Positions 1 through 9,342 of a stretch of DNA of 64,000 bases are shown in pieces. Both the position numbers and the translations under genes were made by a program. The notes beneath the pieces were generated by a model, which did no database searches, was not told the DNA's origin, and worked only from the letters and a program-made list of their open reading frames with translations. This DNA comes from Gemmatimonadales bacterium (lineage in GTDB: Bacteria > Gemmatimonadota > Gemmatimonadetes > Gemmatimonadales > GWC2-71-9): assembly GCA_036267775.1 (NCBI GenBank), contig DATAVM010000108.1, positions 5,845 to 69,844 on the forward strand. Reading direction: 5' to 3'. The first letter of the stretch is position 1, and each line of letters opens with the position of its first letter.

Positions 1-408
1 CCGTCCCACCCGGGAAATGTTGGCGCCGCCATTCGCGCGTCGGCCGGCGCGGGTGCGGCGGCGGTCCTCACCACCGGGCCACACGATCCGTGGCAACCGG
101 CGGCGCTCCGCGGCTCGGCCGGGCTGCATTATGCGTTGCCGGTGGTGCGGGTCGAGAGCCCATCCGTGCCGTGCCGCCGGCTGATCGCAATCGATCCCGA
201 TGGCGCGCCGCTCGACGCGACCGCCATTCCACCGGGTGCGTTGCTCGCGTTTGGTTCGGAGCGGTCGGGACTTTCCGAAACGCTTCTCGCCCAGGCAAGC
301 GATCGGCTCCGGATTCCAATGGCGCCCGGCGTGTCGAGTCTCAATCTCGCGACCGCGGTGGCCGTCACTCTCTACACCTGGCGCTATCAGCAGCGGGCAC
401 GCGCGTGA
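1..408 (+). CDS. TrmH/SpoU-family RNA 2'-O-methyltransferase, C-terminal part (5' end lies outside the window)
   Basis: Frame 1 is open from base 1. The translation HPGNVGAAIRASAGAGAAAV ... LLAFGSERSGLSETLL ... IPMAPGVSSLNLATAVAVTLY carries SpoU-methylase motifs. The TGA at 406-408 overlaps the next gene's GTG (GTGA). Confidence 0.8.
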   Translation, partial: PSHPGNVGAAIRASAGAGAAAVLTTGPHDPWQPAALRGSAGLHYALPVVRVESPSVPCRRLIAIDPDGAPLDATAIPPGALLAFGSERSGLSETLLAQASDRLRIPMAPGVSSLNLATAVAVTLYTWRYQQRARA

Positions 409-1277
409 ATCGCCGCCCACTCGCGCTGACGGCGCTCGCCGTGGCCGGCGTGCTCTGGGGCACGAGCTTCATCTTCGGGAAAATCGCGCTCGAAGAGTTG
501 AGCGTGGGTCACATGCTGCTCTATCGGTTTGTGATCGCATCGGTGGCGTTCCTGCCGCTGATGGCGCGCGGCGAGATGCGACTCAACCGGCAGGACTGGC
601 TGATGGTACTGGGTGCCGCGGCCATTGGCGTGCCGCTGCAGTTCCTGTTGCAGTTCGAAGGGCTCGCGCACACCACTGCGTCGCACGCGGCCCTGATGAT
701 CGGAACGGCGCCCGTGCTGATCGCGGTCGCGGCGTTCTTTGTCTTTCAGGAACGCCTGCGCACCAGCGCGTGGCTCGCGCTGCTCGGCTCCACGATTGGC
801 GTGGTCCTTACGGTGTGGGGAACCGGCAGTACGTCATCAGCCGGCGGGCCAACACTCTACGGTGATCTGCTGGTGCTCGCGTCGCTCTTTGCCGGCGTGT
901 TCTGGGTGCTGGCCAGCAAGCGGCTGATGACGCGCCACTCTGCGATCGCTGTGAGCGGCCTGATCACAGTGATTGGTACGGTCATGCTCGCCGCCTGGGT
1001 GCTCGGCACCGAGGGAATGCCATCGGCCACGCTCCATCCGGCCACGTGGATTGCCGTTGCGGCGATGGGACTGCTCACCACGACCTGCACGATCGTGCTG
1101 TGGAACTGGGGCCTGTCACACGTGAGCACCGGCCACGCGGCGGCGTTCATAAACCTCGAGCCGGTGGTCGGCGCTCTGCTGGGCGTACTCGTTCTCCACG
1201 AAACACTTGGACCGTTCGCGCTCGTGGGGGGTGCGTGCATCGTAGCGGGCGCTGTGGTGGTCAGTCTGCAGGACTGA
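405..1277 (+). CDS. EamA/DMT-superfamily membrane transporter
   Basis: The real start is the GTG at 405 within track ORF 90..1277; the upstream part is read-through. There are about 10 hydrophobic segments in two EamA-like halves (VLWGTSFIFGKIALEE..., LWNWGLSHVSTGHAAAFINLEPVVGALLGVLVLHE). Confidence 0.8.
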   Translation: MNRRPLALTALAVAGVLWGTSFIFGKIALEELSVGHMLLYRFVIASVAFLPLMARGEMRLNRQDWLMVLGAAAIGVPLQFLLQFEGLAHTTASHAALMIGTAPVLIAVAAFFVFQERLRTSAWLALLGSTIGVVLTVWGTGSTSSAGGPTLYGDLLVLASLFAGVFWVLASKRLMTRHSAIAVSGLITVIGTVMLAAWVLGTEGMPSATLHPATWIAVAAMGLLTTTCTIVLWNWGLSHVSTGHAAAFINLEPVVGALLGVLVLHETLGPFALVGGACIVAGAVVVSLQD

Positions 1278-1287
1278 CCGCGAGCCG

Positions 1288-1491
1288 CTATGTGTGCGAG
1301 CCCCGATCGACCTTCTTCGACTCCTTGGGTGCGCGCGGCTCGGCCGGCTTGATCTTGGAGTCCCGGTCGCGCCACTTTTTCTTTTCCGCGTCGATCGCAG
1401 CGGCGCGATCTGCGCCCAGCGATGAGTCACCCGGAAACCCGGGGTCGTTCGGGTCGCCGCCACCCGGAATACCGCCGCTCGGATCTGTCAT
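1288..1491 (-). CDS. Small hypothetical charged Gly/Pro/Lys-rich protein (67 aa)
   Basis: An internal ATG at 1491 of track ORF 1288..1650 gives MTDPSGGIPGGGDPNDPGFPGD...EKKKWRDRDSKIKP. Third codon positions are GC-rich like real genes. No recognisable domain. Confidence 0.3.
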   Translation of the reverse strand: MTDPSGGIPGGGDPNDPGFPGDSSLGADRAAAIDAEKKKWRDRDSKIKPAEPRAPKESKKVDRGSHT

Positions 1492-1604
1492 TTCTTCCTC
1501 CAGCAATGGGGTCTGCATTGGGTGACGGGCGCAGAGACACGATGCCGCACAACAGGCGATGATCGGCTGATTCGGGGCTATCATTCGGCGATGACCGACG
1601 GCCA

Positions 1605-2072
1605 ATGTCTGGCCGATTTCTTCAACGCGCTCAGAGCGCAGGGGTCGCAATGCATACCGGTGCTTCGGCAGGACTCACGATGGCGGGGAGCTTGTTCTTG
1701 ATGGCGGGATCCGTCGGGACTCTATCAGCGCAGAAGCCCAATCCGACGGTGACCGGTGTGACTGTGGCGGCTGACCAACCGAACTACACCGGCAAGTGCC
1801 CGGTCAAGCTGACATTCACTGGAACCATTCTGACCAGTGCATTCACGGGACCAAAGCGCACGGTGACGTATGAGTGGATCCGCAGCGACACCAAGGCGCC
1901 CGGAGCAAAGCACACGGTGAGCGTCACCGCGAGCTCCTCTACGAATGTGAGCATTGCGTGGACGCTCGGCGCGGCGGGCAAGACCGCGAATGTGTCGGAG
2001 ACGCTCAAGCTGCTTTCACCCACCGGGATCACGTCGACACCTGCCAAGGTGACGCTGACCTGCACCCCGTAG
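1605..2072 (+). CDS. Small secreted hypothetical protein, paralogue A (two conserved Cys)
   Basis: Signal-peptide-like N-terminus (LFLMAGSVGTLSAQ; the true start may be the ATG at 1650 or 1680). Ser/Thr-rich beta-type sequence. The motif YTGKCPVKLTFTGTI and the C-terminal LTCTP are shared with ORF 3750..4319. Confidence 0.6.
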   Translation: MSGRFLQRAQSAGVAMHTGASAGLTMAGSLFLMAGSVGTLSAQKPNPTVTGVTVAADQPNYTGKCPVKLTFTGTILTSAFTGPKRTVTYEWIRSDTKAPGAKHTVSVTASSSTNVSIAWTLGAAGKTANVSETLKLLSPTGITSTPAKVTLTCTP

Positions 2073-2076
2073 CGCG

Positions 2077-2856
2077 CTAGCGCACGGTCCCGGTATCGGC
2101 CATGGTGCCGTCACGTGGATGGGATGGAAGACTCGTCCACGTGATGTGGCGCTCATGGCCCGGGCCGAGGTAGCGGACAACCACGCTGCTGCTGTCGAAC
2201 CACGCCATCGAATCACGGCCCCACCGCATCACGTCGCTGCCGCTTGCACTGACGACCTGCGTGTCATTCCTGCTGCCGACCACACAGATGCCGGCGTGCG
2301 GGCATGGTACCGCCCGGGCGACTGGTGGACTCCCGACCCAGACGGCGAGCGCGGAGTCCGCACCGGCACGATTGGCGGCCGTTACGGCCGTCACCTGTAC
2401 CGTGGCCGGCGGCGCGGTCACCTGCCAGACACCGCGGTCGGTGCCGACGTAGACCCGGCTGCCGTCGCCCGCCCAACCAACAGCGTTGGCGCGTCCGGCT
2501 TCCGGTGGCAACGCGGTCTGCACTTCAGCGCCGCTGATCAGATTCATCATCACCAGAAAGCGCGGCGTAGCAGCGAGCGTATCGCGCATCCGCAGAAACG
2601 CCACCACACTGCCACTGGGATCGAGCCGCGGGTGCGCCTCGATGAGTGGTGTAAAGGTGAATTGCACCGCATCGCCGCCACCGGCCGAGGCGGCAAAGAG
2701 GTCGACATTGCCGTCGGTGCCGTTGCCTACGAAGACCACGAACGGCTCTTCGCCCGGATGAATGCGATGACTCAACGGAGAGAGACTGCATCCCGCCGCG
2801 AGCAGCAGCACGGCCGCCCCTACCGCCCGCTCCGTCCGTTCAAATCCCGCGATCAC
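2077..2856 (-). CDS. Lipoprotein with TolB/PD40-like beta-propeller repeats (hypothetical)
   Basis: The GTG start overlaps the stop of the upstream hydrolase (GTGA). Lipobox LLLAAGC. PD40-like segments HPRLDPSGSVVAF and AVGWAGDGSRVYV. Confidence 0.6.
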   Translation of the reverse strand: MIAGFERTERAVGAAVLLLAAGCSLSPLSHRIHPGEEPFVVFVGNGTDGNVDLFAASAGGGDAVQFTFTPLIEAHPRLDPSGSVVAFLRMRDTLAATPRFLVMMNLISGAEVQTALPPEAGRANAVGWAGDGSRVYVGTDRGVWQVTAPPATVQVTAVTAANRAGADSALAVWVGSPPVARAVPCPHAGICVVGSRNDTQVVSASGSDVMRWGRDSMAWFDSSSVVVRYLGPGHERHITWTSLPSHPRDGTMADTGTVR

Positions 2857-3662
2857 TTGTGCTGCAGCTGCTTGGCAAAGAACGCGTCAATATCGCTCAT
2901 GGCGCGATCATACTCCGGCGTGCCATAGCCATCGCGGCCCGGCTTGAGGAAGCCATGCGAGACGCCCTTGTAGACATCCGACACAAACGACTTGTGATTG
3001 TTTTCCATCGCGGCGGTGATGGCGGGGCGCATGCCGGTCACGCGCATGTCCTTCTCGGCGTAGATGCCGAAGACCGGCGCGGTGACGGTATGGAGCAGTG
3101 TGGTGTCCGTGACCGGGCCGTAGCACGCGACTGCCGCCTTGAGGTGCGAATTGGCGGCGGCAAACTTCCACGTGGTCCCGCCGCCCCAGCAGAAGCCGAT
3201 GACGCCGATGTTCCCCTTGTCAGTCGCGACCAGGCCGTTGACGTAGTCGTAGGTCGCGTTGAGATCGCCGACCACCTGCGAGTCCGGCAGCCCCGAGACC
3301 ATGCGTGTGGCGTTGGCCGCTCCAACGGAGTCCGTCGACTTGTACTGCGAGGACAGGAGATCGGGAGCGATTGCCACGTAGCCCTTGCCGGCAAAGCGAT
3401 CGGCGACGGTCGGCTCCCAATCAGTCATCCCGTAGATCTCATGGATGATGATGATCGCCGGCGCCTTGTCGGCTCGCTCGGGATACGCGACATAGGCCCG
3501 GATCGTCTGGCCCTTGGCGTTCTTGTAGGTGGTCCATTCGCCGTGGGTCTTGATGCGCATATACGGGTGATGCTGGCCAAACGCCACGCCGCCGCCGATG
3601 GCGGCGACAAACGCGAGGGCGGTGAGCACGGGCATGGCGATATTGCCGCGCAGGGATCGCAT
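2853..3662 (-). CDS. Dienelactone hydrolase family protein (secreted alpha/beta hydrolase)
   Basis: The true ATG is at 3662 inside track ORF 2853..4010. Signal/TM segment MPVLTALAFVAAIGGGVAFG. DLH-like IIIIHEIYGMTDW, nucleophile elbow GVIGFCWGG, and C-terminal GVSHGF. Confidence 0.8.
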   Translation of the reverse strand: MRSLRGNIAMPVLTALAFVAAIGGGVAFGQHHPYMRIKTHGEWTTYKNAKGQTIRAYVAYPERADKAPAIIIIHEIYGMTDWEPTVADRFAGKGYVAIAPDLLSSQYKSTDSVGAANATRMVSGLPDSQVVGDLNATYDYVNGLVATDKGNIGVIGFCWGGGTTWKFAAANSHLKAAVACYGPVTDTTLLHTVTAPVFGIYAEKDMRVTGMRPAITAAMENNHKSFVSDVYKGVSHGFLKPGRDGYGTPEYDRAMSDIDAFFAKQLQHK

Positions 3663-3749
3663 TCGAGAAGCTCCGGGTGGGGTCGGGTTGAATCTATCAC
3701 GCCGCGGTGCGATGATCATTGATCCCCCGTAACCCTCCAGGGAGATTCC

Positions 3750-4319
3750 ATGCGCCGCGCCATATCGTTCGTCACGACGGCTTCCCTGTGCGCGTTCGCC
3801 GCGATGCCGCTGGGCGCACAAGGCAAGATACCGGGCCCACCCGCGGCGGCCCCGATGGTTCCCGGGGCGAACACGGTCAAGAGCATTTCGGTGGCCGCGT
3901 CGAGTTCGAGTGTGTCGGGTGCGTGTCCGCTCAACATGAGCTTTACCGGGACGATCACCTTCGCCAGGGCGAGTGCCGGCCGACAGGTCGAGATCTCCTG
4001 GACGCAGCATGTCGGGGGCAACGCGCCGGGCTACCCGACCCCGGACAAGACGCTGTATCTCTCGATCTCCGCGCCGGGGGCGTCAGTGAGGGTCACGGAC
4101 GGCCCGTGGAAAGTGGGGAGCGCGTCTTTGAACATGCCCAACATGCCGACGACCCTGACCGCGCAAGACAAGTTGAACGTGCTCAGCGTGAACGGGGTAG
4201 GTGCAAACGGGCAGCAGGTCACGGTCACCAAGGCGAACGGAACGACGAACCAGATGACTGTACGCGGTGGATCTTCATGGGGCGAGTCAGTCACGACGGG
4301 GTCGGTGACCTGCAAATAG
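3750..4319 (+). CDS. Small secreted hypothetical protein, paralogue B (two conserved Cys)
   Basis: Signal peptide MRRAISFVTTASLCAFAAMPLGAQ, with a GGGAGA SD-like element 8 nt upstream. The motif VSGACPLNMSFTGTI and the C-terminal SVTCK match ORF 1605..2072. Confidence 0.6.
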   Translation: MRRAISFVTTASLCAFAAMPLGAQGKIPGPPAAAPMVPGANTVKSISVAASSSSVSGACPLNMSFTGTITFARASAGRQVEISWTQHVGGNAPGYPTPDKTLYLSISAPGASVRVTDGPWKVGSASLNMPNMPTTLTAQDKLNVLSVNGVGANGQQVTVTKANGTTNQMTVRGGSSWGESVTTGSVTCK

Positions 4320-4329
4320 CGGCGCCCGA

Positions 4330-5757
4330 TCAGTCGCGGTAGCGATTGCGTCCGGCGCGCTTGGCTTTGTACAGATGCTCATCGGCCAGGCGCATGAGGG
4401 CTTCGTCGTCCGCGGCGCGATCGTCAGGGAACGTGGCAATGCCGGCGCTGACGGTGACCCAGACGGGTTCCGCGGCGTCGGCAAAGTTGTGTTGTGCCAC
4501 GCGGCGAAGAATGCGATCGGCAAAGAGGCGCGCACCGGTTCCGCCGGTCTCCGGAAGAATGACCACAAACTCTTCGCCGCCATACCGAGCGAGAAAGTCC
4601 ATAGTGCGGAGCTCGCGGCGCAGCAGCGTGGCCAACTGCTTGAGCACGCGGTCGCCGGCCTGATGGCCGTAGGTGTCGTTGATCCGCTTGAAATCGTCGA
4701 CGTCGAGCAGCACCACGGTGACGACCTGATCGTAGCGGCGAGCGCGATCGAGCTCTTCGCCCAGGCGGCGGTCGAGCACGCGGCGATTGGCGCACCCGGT
4801 GAGAGCGTCAGTGTCCGCGAGTTCGCGAAGCTGTGATGCGCCGTCGGTCTGCTGCTCCAGATCGTAGGCCTTCTCCAGCGCGGTCACCGCGGCCTCGATC
4901 ACCTGCTCGGCAAACCCCAGGTCCAGGCGATTGAGCGGCGGATCGTCGGCGGTGGTGCGGAGAAAGAAGACGCCAGCCGTGCGGCCATTCAGCGCAAATG
5001 GCAGTGCGATCACCGACCGCGTGCGCTGGGTGCTCGCTTCGCTCCCCCAGGTGGCGCGCACATCCTGATAGAGCGGATCGGCGTCGACGTCGGTGACCAT
5101 CACGGTCTGGTTGGTGGCGAGCGCCTTGGTGATCTCGGGATACTTGTTGAGGTCGACGCGCAGGTCCCGTAACGTGGGATTCTCGAACGCCGCCACGACG
5201 GTGCCTTCGGTATCGACGGCGCCTGCCAGGACCACCGAACAGCGCGCAATGCGCAGCCCCGCCGCCACGCGCCGTACCAGGATCTGGTAGATCTCCTCGG
5301 TGTTGAGCGAGGTGGTCACTTCCTTGAGGATCGCCATCAACTCGGTGCGCGAGCGAGCCTCCGCGCGCGCCTTGTTGAGCTCGCGGCCCACGCGCAGATG
5401 CGCCTTGATGCGCGCGAGCAGCTCGCGCACGCGGTAGGGGCGCGACACAATGTCCGACGGACCCAGGCCAAACGCATCGAGCCGCGCGGCGTCAAAGCCG
5501 GGGCTCGTGAGCACAAAGAGCGGGATGTGGCGATGCCGCACGTCTTCGCGCAGTCGCGACAGGCGATCGAGCATGCCGGCGTCAGGCTCAGCGAGATCGG
5601 CCACCAGCAGTTCGTATTCTTCCTGCTCCAGCCGCTCCACCAGCTCGCCCCCGCCGAGCGCCGTCACGACTTCGTAGCCGTTCTCCTTGAGCACCCAGGA
5701 AAGCGTGCGCGCCAATGCGGTGTCTTCCGTGGCAAGGAGGATCCGCGGCGAAGTCAT
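4330..5757 (-). CDS. Response regulator with REC-GAF-GGDEF architecture (diguanylate cyclase)
   Basis: N-terminal receiver (RILLATEDT ... ELLVADLAEPD), a central GAF-like region, and a C-terminal GGDEF domain. The active site is RYGGEEFVVILPE, with an RxxD I-site (RTMD) five residues upstream. Confidence 0.85.
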   Translation of the reverse strand: MTSPRILLATEDTALARTLSWVLKENGYEVVTALGGGELVERLEQEEYELLVADLAEPDAGMLDRLSRLREDVRHRHIPLFVLTSPGFDAARLDAFGLGPSDIVSRPYRVRELLARIKAHLRVGRELNKARAEARSRTELMAILKEVTTSLNTEEIYQILVRRVAAGLRIARCSVVLAGAVDTEGTVVAAFENPTLRDLRVDLNKYPEITKALATNQTVMVTDVDADPLYQDVRATWGSEASTQRTRSVIALPFALNGRTAGVFFLRTTADDPPLNRLDLGFAEQVIEAAVTALEKAYDLEQQTDGASQLRELADTDALTGCANRRVLDRRLGEELDRARRYDQVVTVVLLDVDDFKRINDTYGHQAGDRVLKQLATLLRRELRTMDFLARYGGEEFVVILPETGGTGARLFADRILRRVAQHNFADAAEPVWVTVSAGIATFPDDRAADDEALMRLADEHLYKAKRAGRNRYRD

Positions 5758-6680
5758 CAGGCGACCAGCTCAGCGTAACGCGCGGGATCGACATTGCCGC
5801 CGGTGCAGACGAGCGCGATGTTGCCATGCATCCGGTCGCGATGACTGAGCCACGCCGCGGTGGTCACCGCGCCGGAGGGTTCGACGCGCATGTCGCGTGC
5901 GGCGAGCCAGCGCACCGCGGCGACGATCTGGTCCTCGGTCACGGTGATCGCTTCGCGCACGGTCTCGCGAATCAGCGGCCACGTCACCTGGCCGATCGAC
6001 TTGCTCAACAGGCCATCGGCGAGGCTGGTGCCGACGGGAATCGCTGTGGGTTTGCCATGCTGAATCGCCGCCGAGAGCTTGGGCACGAGGGCCGGCTCGG
6101 CCGCGATCACCGTTACGCCGGGCTTGAGGGCGCGGACCGCGCAGGAGATGCCGGCGATGAGCCCGCCGCCGCCCACCGGCACCACGATGGTATCGACTTC
6201 GGGCCAATCCTCGAGAATCTCCATCCCCACGGTGCCTTGTCCGGCGATGACATCGGGATAGTCGAACGGCGGGATCAGGGCCAGACCGTCATCCTGCGCC
6301 AGACGCTCGGCGGCTGCCGTCTGCTCGGGACCGCGCGTCTTGCCCACCAGCAGCACTTCCGCACCGAGGGCGCGTATGCCGTCGATCTTGACACCCGTCG
6401 CCGATTCCGGCATGACCACGACGGCCCGCACGCCCAGGCGCCGCGCGGCGTAGGCGACGCCGAGGCCATGATTGCCGCTGGACGAGGTGACGACACCGCG
6501 GGCACGTGCATCGGGCGAGAGGCGGCGCAGCGCGGTCCACGCGCCGCGAATCTTGAAGGCGTGAATTGGCTGCAGATACTCCGCCTTGAGACGCGTGGTA
6601 CTGTCGAGCGGCACCAGCGGTGTCCGTTCGGCCACGCCGCGGAGTCCGTGTTGCGCTTCGCGGAGATCGTCGAGCGTCAT
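5757..6680 (-). CDS. PLP-dependent threonine/serine dehydratase family enzyme (fold type II)
   Basis: The PLP-lysine motif [21 protein letters not shown] and the Gly-rich loop [10 protein letters not shown] are typical of IlvA/TdcB/serine-racemase-like enzymes. The start ATGA overlaps the gyrA stop, and the stop shares one base with the next ATG. Confidence 0.8.
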   Translation of the reverse strand: MTLDDLREAQHGLRGVAERTPLVPLDSTTRLKAEYLQPIHAFKIRGAWTALRRLSPDARARGVVTSSSGNHGLGVAYAARRLGVRAVVVMPESATGVKIDGIRALGAEVLLVGKTRGPEQTAAAERLAQDDGLALIPPFDYPDVIAGQGTVGMEILEDWPEVDTIVVPVGGGGLIAGISCAVRALKPGVTVIAAEPALVPKLSAAIQHGKPTAIPVGTSLADGLLSKSIGQVTWPLIRETVREAITVTEDQIVAAVRWLAARDMRVEPSGAVTTAAWLSHRDRMHGNIALVCTGGNVDPARYAELVA

Positions 6681-9169
6681 GCTTCTCCCGCCGGGGTTTC
6701 CGTCTCGGCGTCCACGTCGGCGTCGGATTCGGCGCCCTCTTCCTTCTGCACGCGGGCCACGTCGACGATCTGATCGCCGGCGTCCAGATTCATCAGCTTG
6801 ACGCCCTGCGTGTTGCGGCCGCTCACGCGAATGCCTTCCACCGGGCAGCGGATAATGACGCCGCCCTTGGTGATCATCATCAGCTCGTCTTCGGGAATGA
6901 CATCCTTGAGCGCGATGAGCGCCCCCGTCTTTTCGGTCTTCTGCATGGTGATGATGCCCTTGCCGCCGCGGCGCTGCACGCGATAATCGCCGAGGGCGCT
7001 GCGCTTGCCGATGCCGCGTTCGCTCACCACGAGCAGCTCGGCGCGTTCACGCACGACGACCATGCCGATGACGTGATCGCCCTTGTCGAGCTCGATGCCC
7101 TTCACGCCCGACGTGGCGCGTCCCATCTCGCGCACATCGCTTTCGTGGAAGCGGATGCTCATGCCGAATGACGTGGCGAGGACGATGTCGTCATTGCCGC
7201 GGGTCTTCTGCACGTCGATGAGTTCGTCGTCGGGATCGATATTGATCGCGTTGATTCCGACTGTGCGCACGTTGCCGTAGGCCGAGAGCACGGTCTTCTT
7301 GACGGTGCCGTTGCGCGTGGCGAACATCAGCCACTCGTTGTCGGCGAATGCGCGTACCGGCACCAGTGCCGCGACGCGCTCGCCTTCGCGGATACCGATG
7401 CAGTTGATCACCGGCTTGCCGCGCGCCGCGCGTCCCGCCTGCGGAATCTCGTGCACCTTGAGCCAGTAGATGGTGCCGCGATCGGAGAAGAACATCAGGT
7501 AGTCGTGCGTCGACGCGATGAAGAGATGTTCAACCCAGTCGAGTTCCTTGGTCTCCATGCCGGTGAGGCCGCGGCCGCCGCGCCGTTGCCGGCGATACGT
7601 GGTCACCGGAATCCGCTTGATGTACCCGGTGTGCGAGATCGTGATCACCATATCCTCTTCGGCGATCAGATCCTCCACGGAGAACTCGCCCTGATCCTTG
7701 AGGATCTCGGTGCGCCGCGCATCGCCGTAGGTGGCGGCGAGTTGCTCGATCTCGTCGACCAGAATCTTCATGCGGCGCTCGCGCGAGGCCAGGATGCTCT
7801 CCAGCTCGGTAATCGTGGCGCGCACTTCCTTGAGTTCGGCTTCGAGCTTTTCGATTTCCAGGCCCGTGAGCCGCGCCAGACGCATGTTGAGGATCGCGTC
7901 GGTCTGCGCTTCACTCAGGCCAAAACGCGCGCGGAGTGCGGCGTCGGCGGTGGGCGTGTCGGCGGAGCCGCGGATGATCTTGATCACTTCGTCGATATTG
8001 TCGACGGCGATCTTGAGGCCTTCGAGGATGTGCTCGCGCTTCTTCGCCTCGGCGAGGTCGAATTCCGAGCGCCGCACGATGATCGTGTGCCGGTGATCGA
8101 TGAAGTGCTGCAGCAGCTCCTTGAGCGCCATCACCTTGGGCGCGCCATTGACGAGCGCCAGGTTGATCACGCCGAACGTGCTCTGCATCGCGGTGTGCTT
8201 GTACAGCCCGTTGAGCACTACCTGCGCGATGGCGTCGCGCTTGAGCTCGACCACCAGGCGCATGCCGTCGCGATCGGATTCGTCGCGCACGCCGCTGATG
8301 CCTTCGACCCGCTTTTCTACCGCCAGCTCGGCAATGGCCGCGTGCAGATTGGCCTTGTTTACCTGATACGGGATCTCGGTGATGATCAGCGCGTTCTTGC
8401 CGGTGCGCTCGTTCTCCTCGATCCGGACCTTGGCGCGCATGATCACACGGCCACGGCCGGTCTCGTAGGCATCGCGAATGCCGGCTTCACCGTAGATGTA
8501 GCCGCCGGTCGGAAAGTCCGGACCCTTGATGTGCTTCATCAGGTCGTCGGTGCCGGCCTGCGGATTCTTCACCAGCTCCGCGATCGCCTTGGCGACTTCG
8601 CGCAGATTGTGCGGCGGAATATTGGTCGCCATGCCGACCGCGATACCGCTGGAGCCGTTGACCAGAAGATTGGGGAGCCGCGACGGCAAGACGGTGGGCT
8701 CTTCCCGCTGGTCGTCGAAATTGGGCTGATAGTTGACGGTGTTCTTGTCGATATCCGCCAGCATCTCGAGCGCGACGCGCGTGAGCCGCGCTTCGGTGTA
8801 TCGATAGGCCGCCGCGGGGTCGCCGTCGACCGAACCGAAGTTGCCCTGGCCTTCGATCAGCGGATAGCGCAACGAAAAGGTCTGCACCATGCGCACCAGC
8901 GCGTCGTAGACCGAACTGTCGCCGTGCGGATGGTACTTGCCGAGCACATCGCCCACGACCGTTGCCGACTTCTTGAACGCGCGCGTGGGGATGAGACCCA
9001 GCTCGTTCATCGCGTACAGAATCCGGCGATGGACGGGCTTGAGACCATCGCGCACATCGGGAAGCGCGCGCGAGACAATCACGCTCATCGAGTAATTGAT
9101 GAACGATTGCTGGAGCTCTTCTTCGATGAGACGAGGAACGATCCGTTCGCGGGAAATCGGCGCGGTCAT
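6677..9169 (-). CDS. gyrA: DNA gyrase subunit A
   Basis: 830 aa. The N-terminus [34 protein letters not shown] ... [10 protein letters not shown] includes the active-site Tyr region. The C-terminal beta-pinwheel repeats and an acidic tail are present. Confidence 0.95.
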   Translation of the reverse strand: MTAPISRERIVPRLIEEELQQSFINYSMSVIVSRALPDVRDGLKPVHRRILYAMNELGLIPTRAFKKSATVVGDVLGKYHPHGDSSVYDALVRMVQTFSLRYPLIEGQGNFGSVDGDPAAAYRYTEARLTRVALEMLADIDKNTVNYQPNFDDQREEPTVLPSRLPNLLVNGSSGIAVGMATNIPPHNLREVAKAIAELVKNPQAGTDDLMKHIKGPDFPTGGYIYGEAGIRDAYETGRGRVIMRAKVRIEENERTGKNALIITEIPYQVNKANLHAAIAELAVEKRVEGISGVRDESDRDGMRLVVELKRDAIAQVVLNGLYKHTAMQSTFGVINLALVNGAPKVMALKELLQHFIDHRHTIIVRRSEFDLAEAKKREHILEGLKIAVDNIDEVIKIIRGSADTPTADAALRARFGLSEAQTDAILNMRLARLTGLEIEKLEAELKEVRATITELESILASRERRMKILVDEIEQLAATYGDARRTEILKDQGEFSVEDLIAEEDMVITISHTGYIKRIPVTTYRRQRRGGRGLTGMETKELDWVEHLFIASTHDYLMFFSDRGTIYWLKVHEIPQAGRAARGKPVINCIGIREGERVAALVPVRAFADNEWLMFATRNGTVKKTVLSAYGNVRTVGINAINIDPDDELIDVQKTRGNDDIVLATSFGMSIRFHESDVREMGRATSGVKGIELDKGDHVIGMVVVRERAELLVVSERGIGKRSALGDYRVQRRGGKGIITMQKTEKTGALIALKDVIPEDELMMITKGGVIIRCPVEGIRVSGRNTQGVKLMNLDAGDQIVDVARVQKEEGAESDADVDAETETPAGEA

Positions 9170-9225
9170 CGGGGTCCGGGATGTAGGGAAGACAGACAGT
9201 CCGCTGTCGCGAACTCAAGCGCGCA

Positions 9226-9254
9226 AATATACCGAATTTTGCCGCGCCGGACAA
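9226..9254 (-). promoter_or_regulatory. Candidate sigma70-type promoter of gyrA
   Basis: The minus strand reads TTGTCC (9254-9249), a 17-nt spacer, then TATATT (9231-9226), about 55 nt upstream of the gyrA ATG in a locally AT-richer intergenic stretch. Confidence 0.3.
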
Positions 9255-9342
9255 GCGCGCTGCCAATCTGTAAGCCCATGTGGGAAAACGGCTTAGCTAA
9301 TGGCGGTCCCGGTGAATGCCGCCGGCTGGTTCCCCCGCCGGA

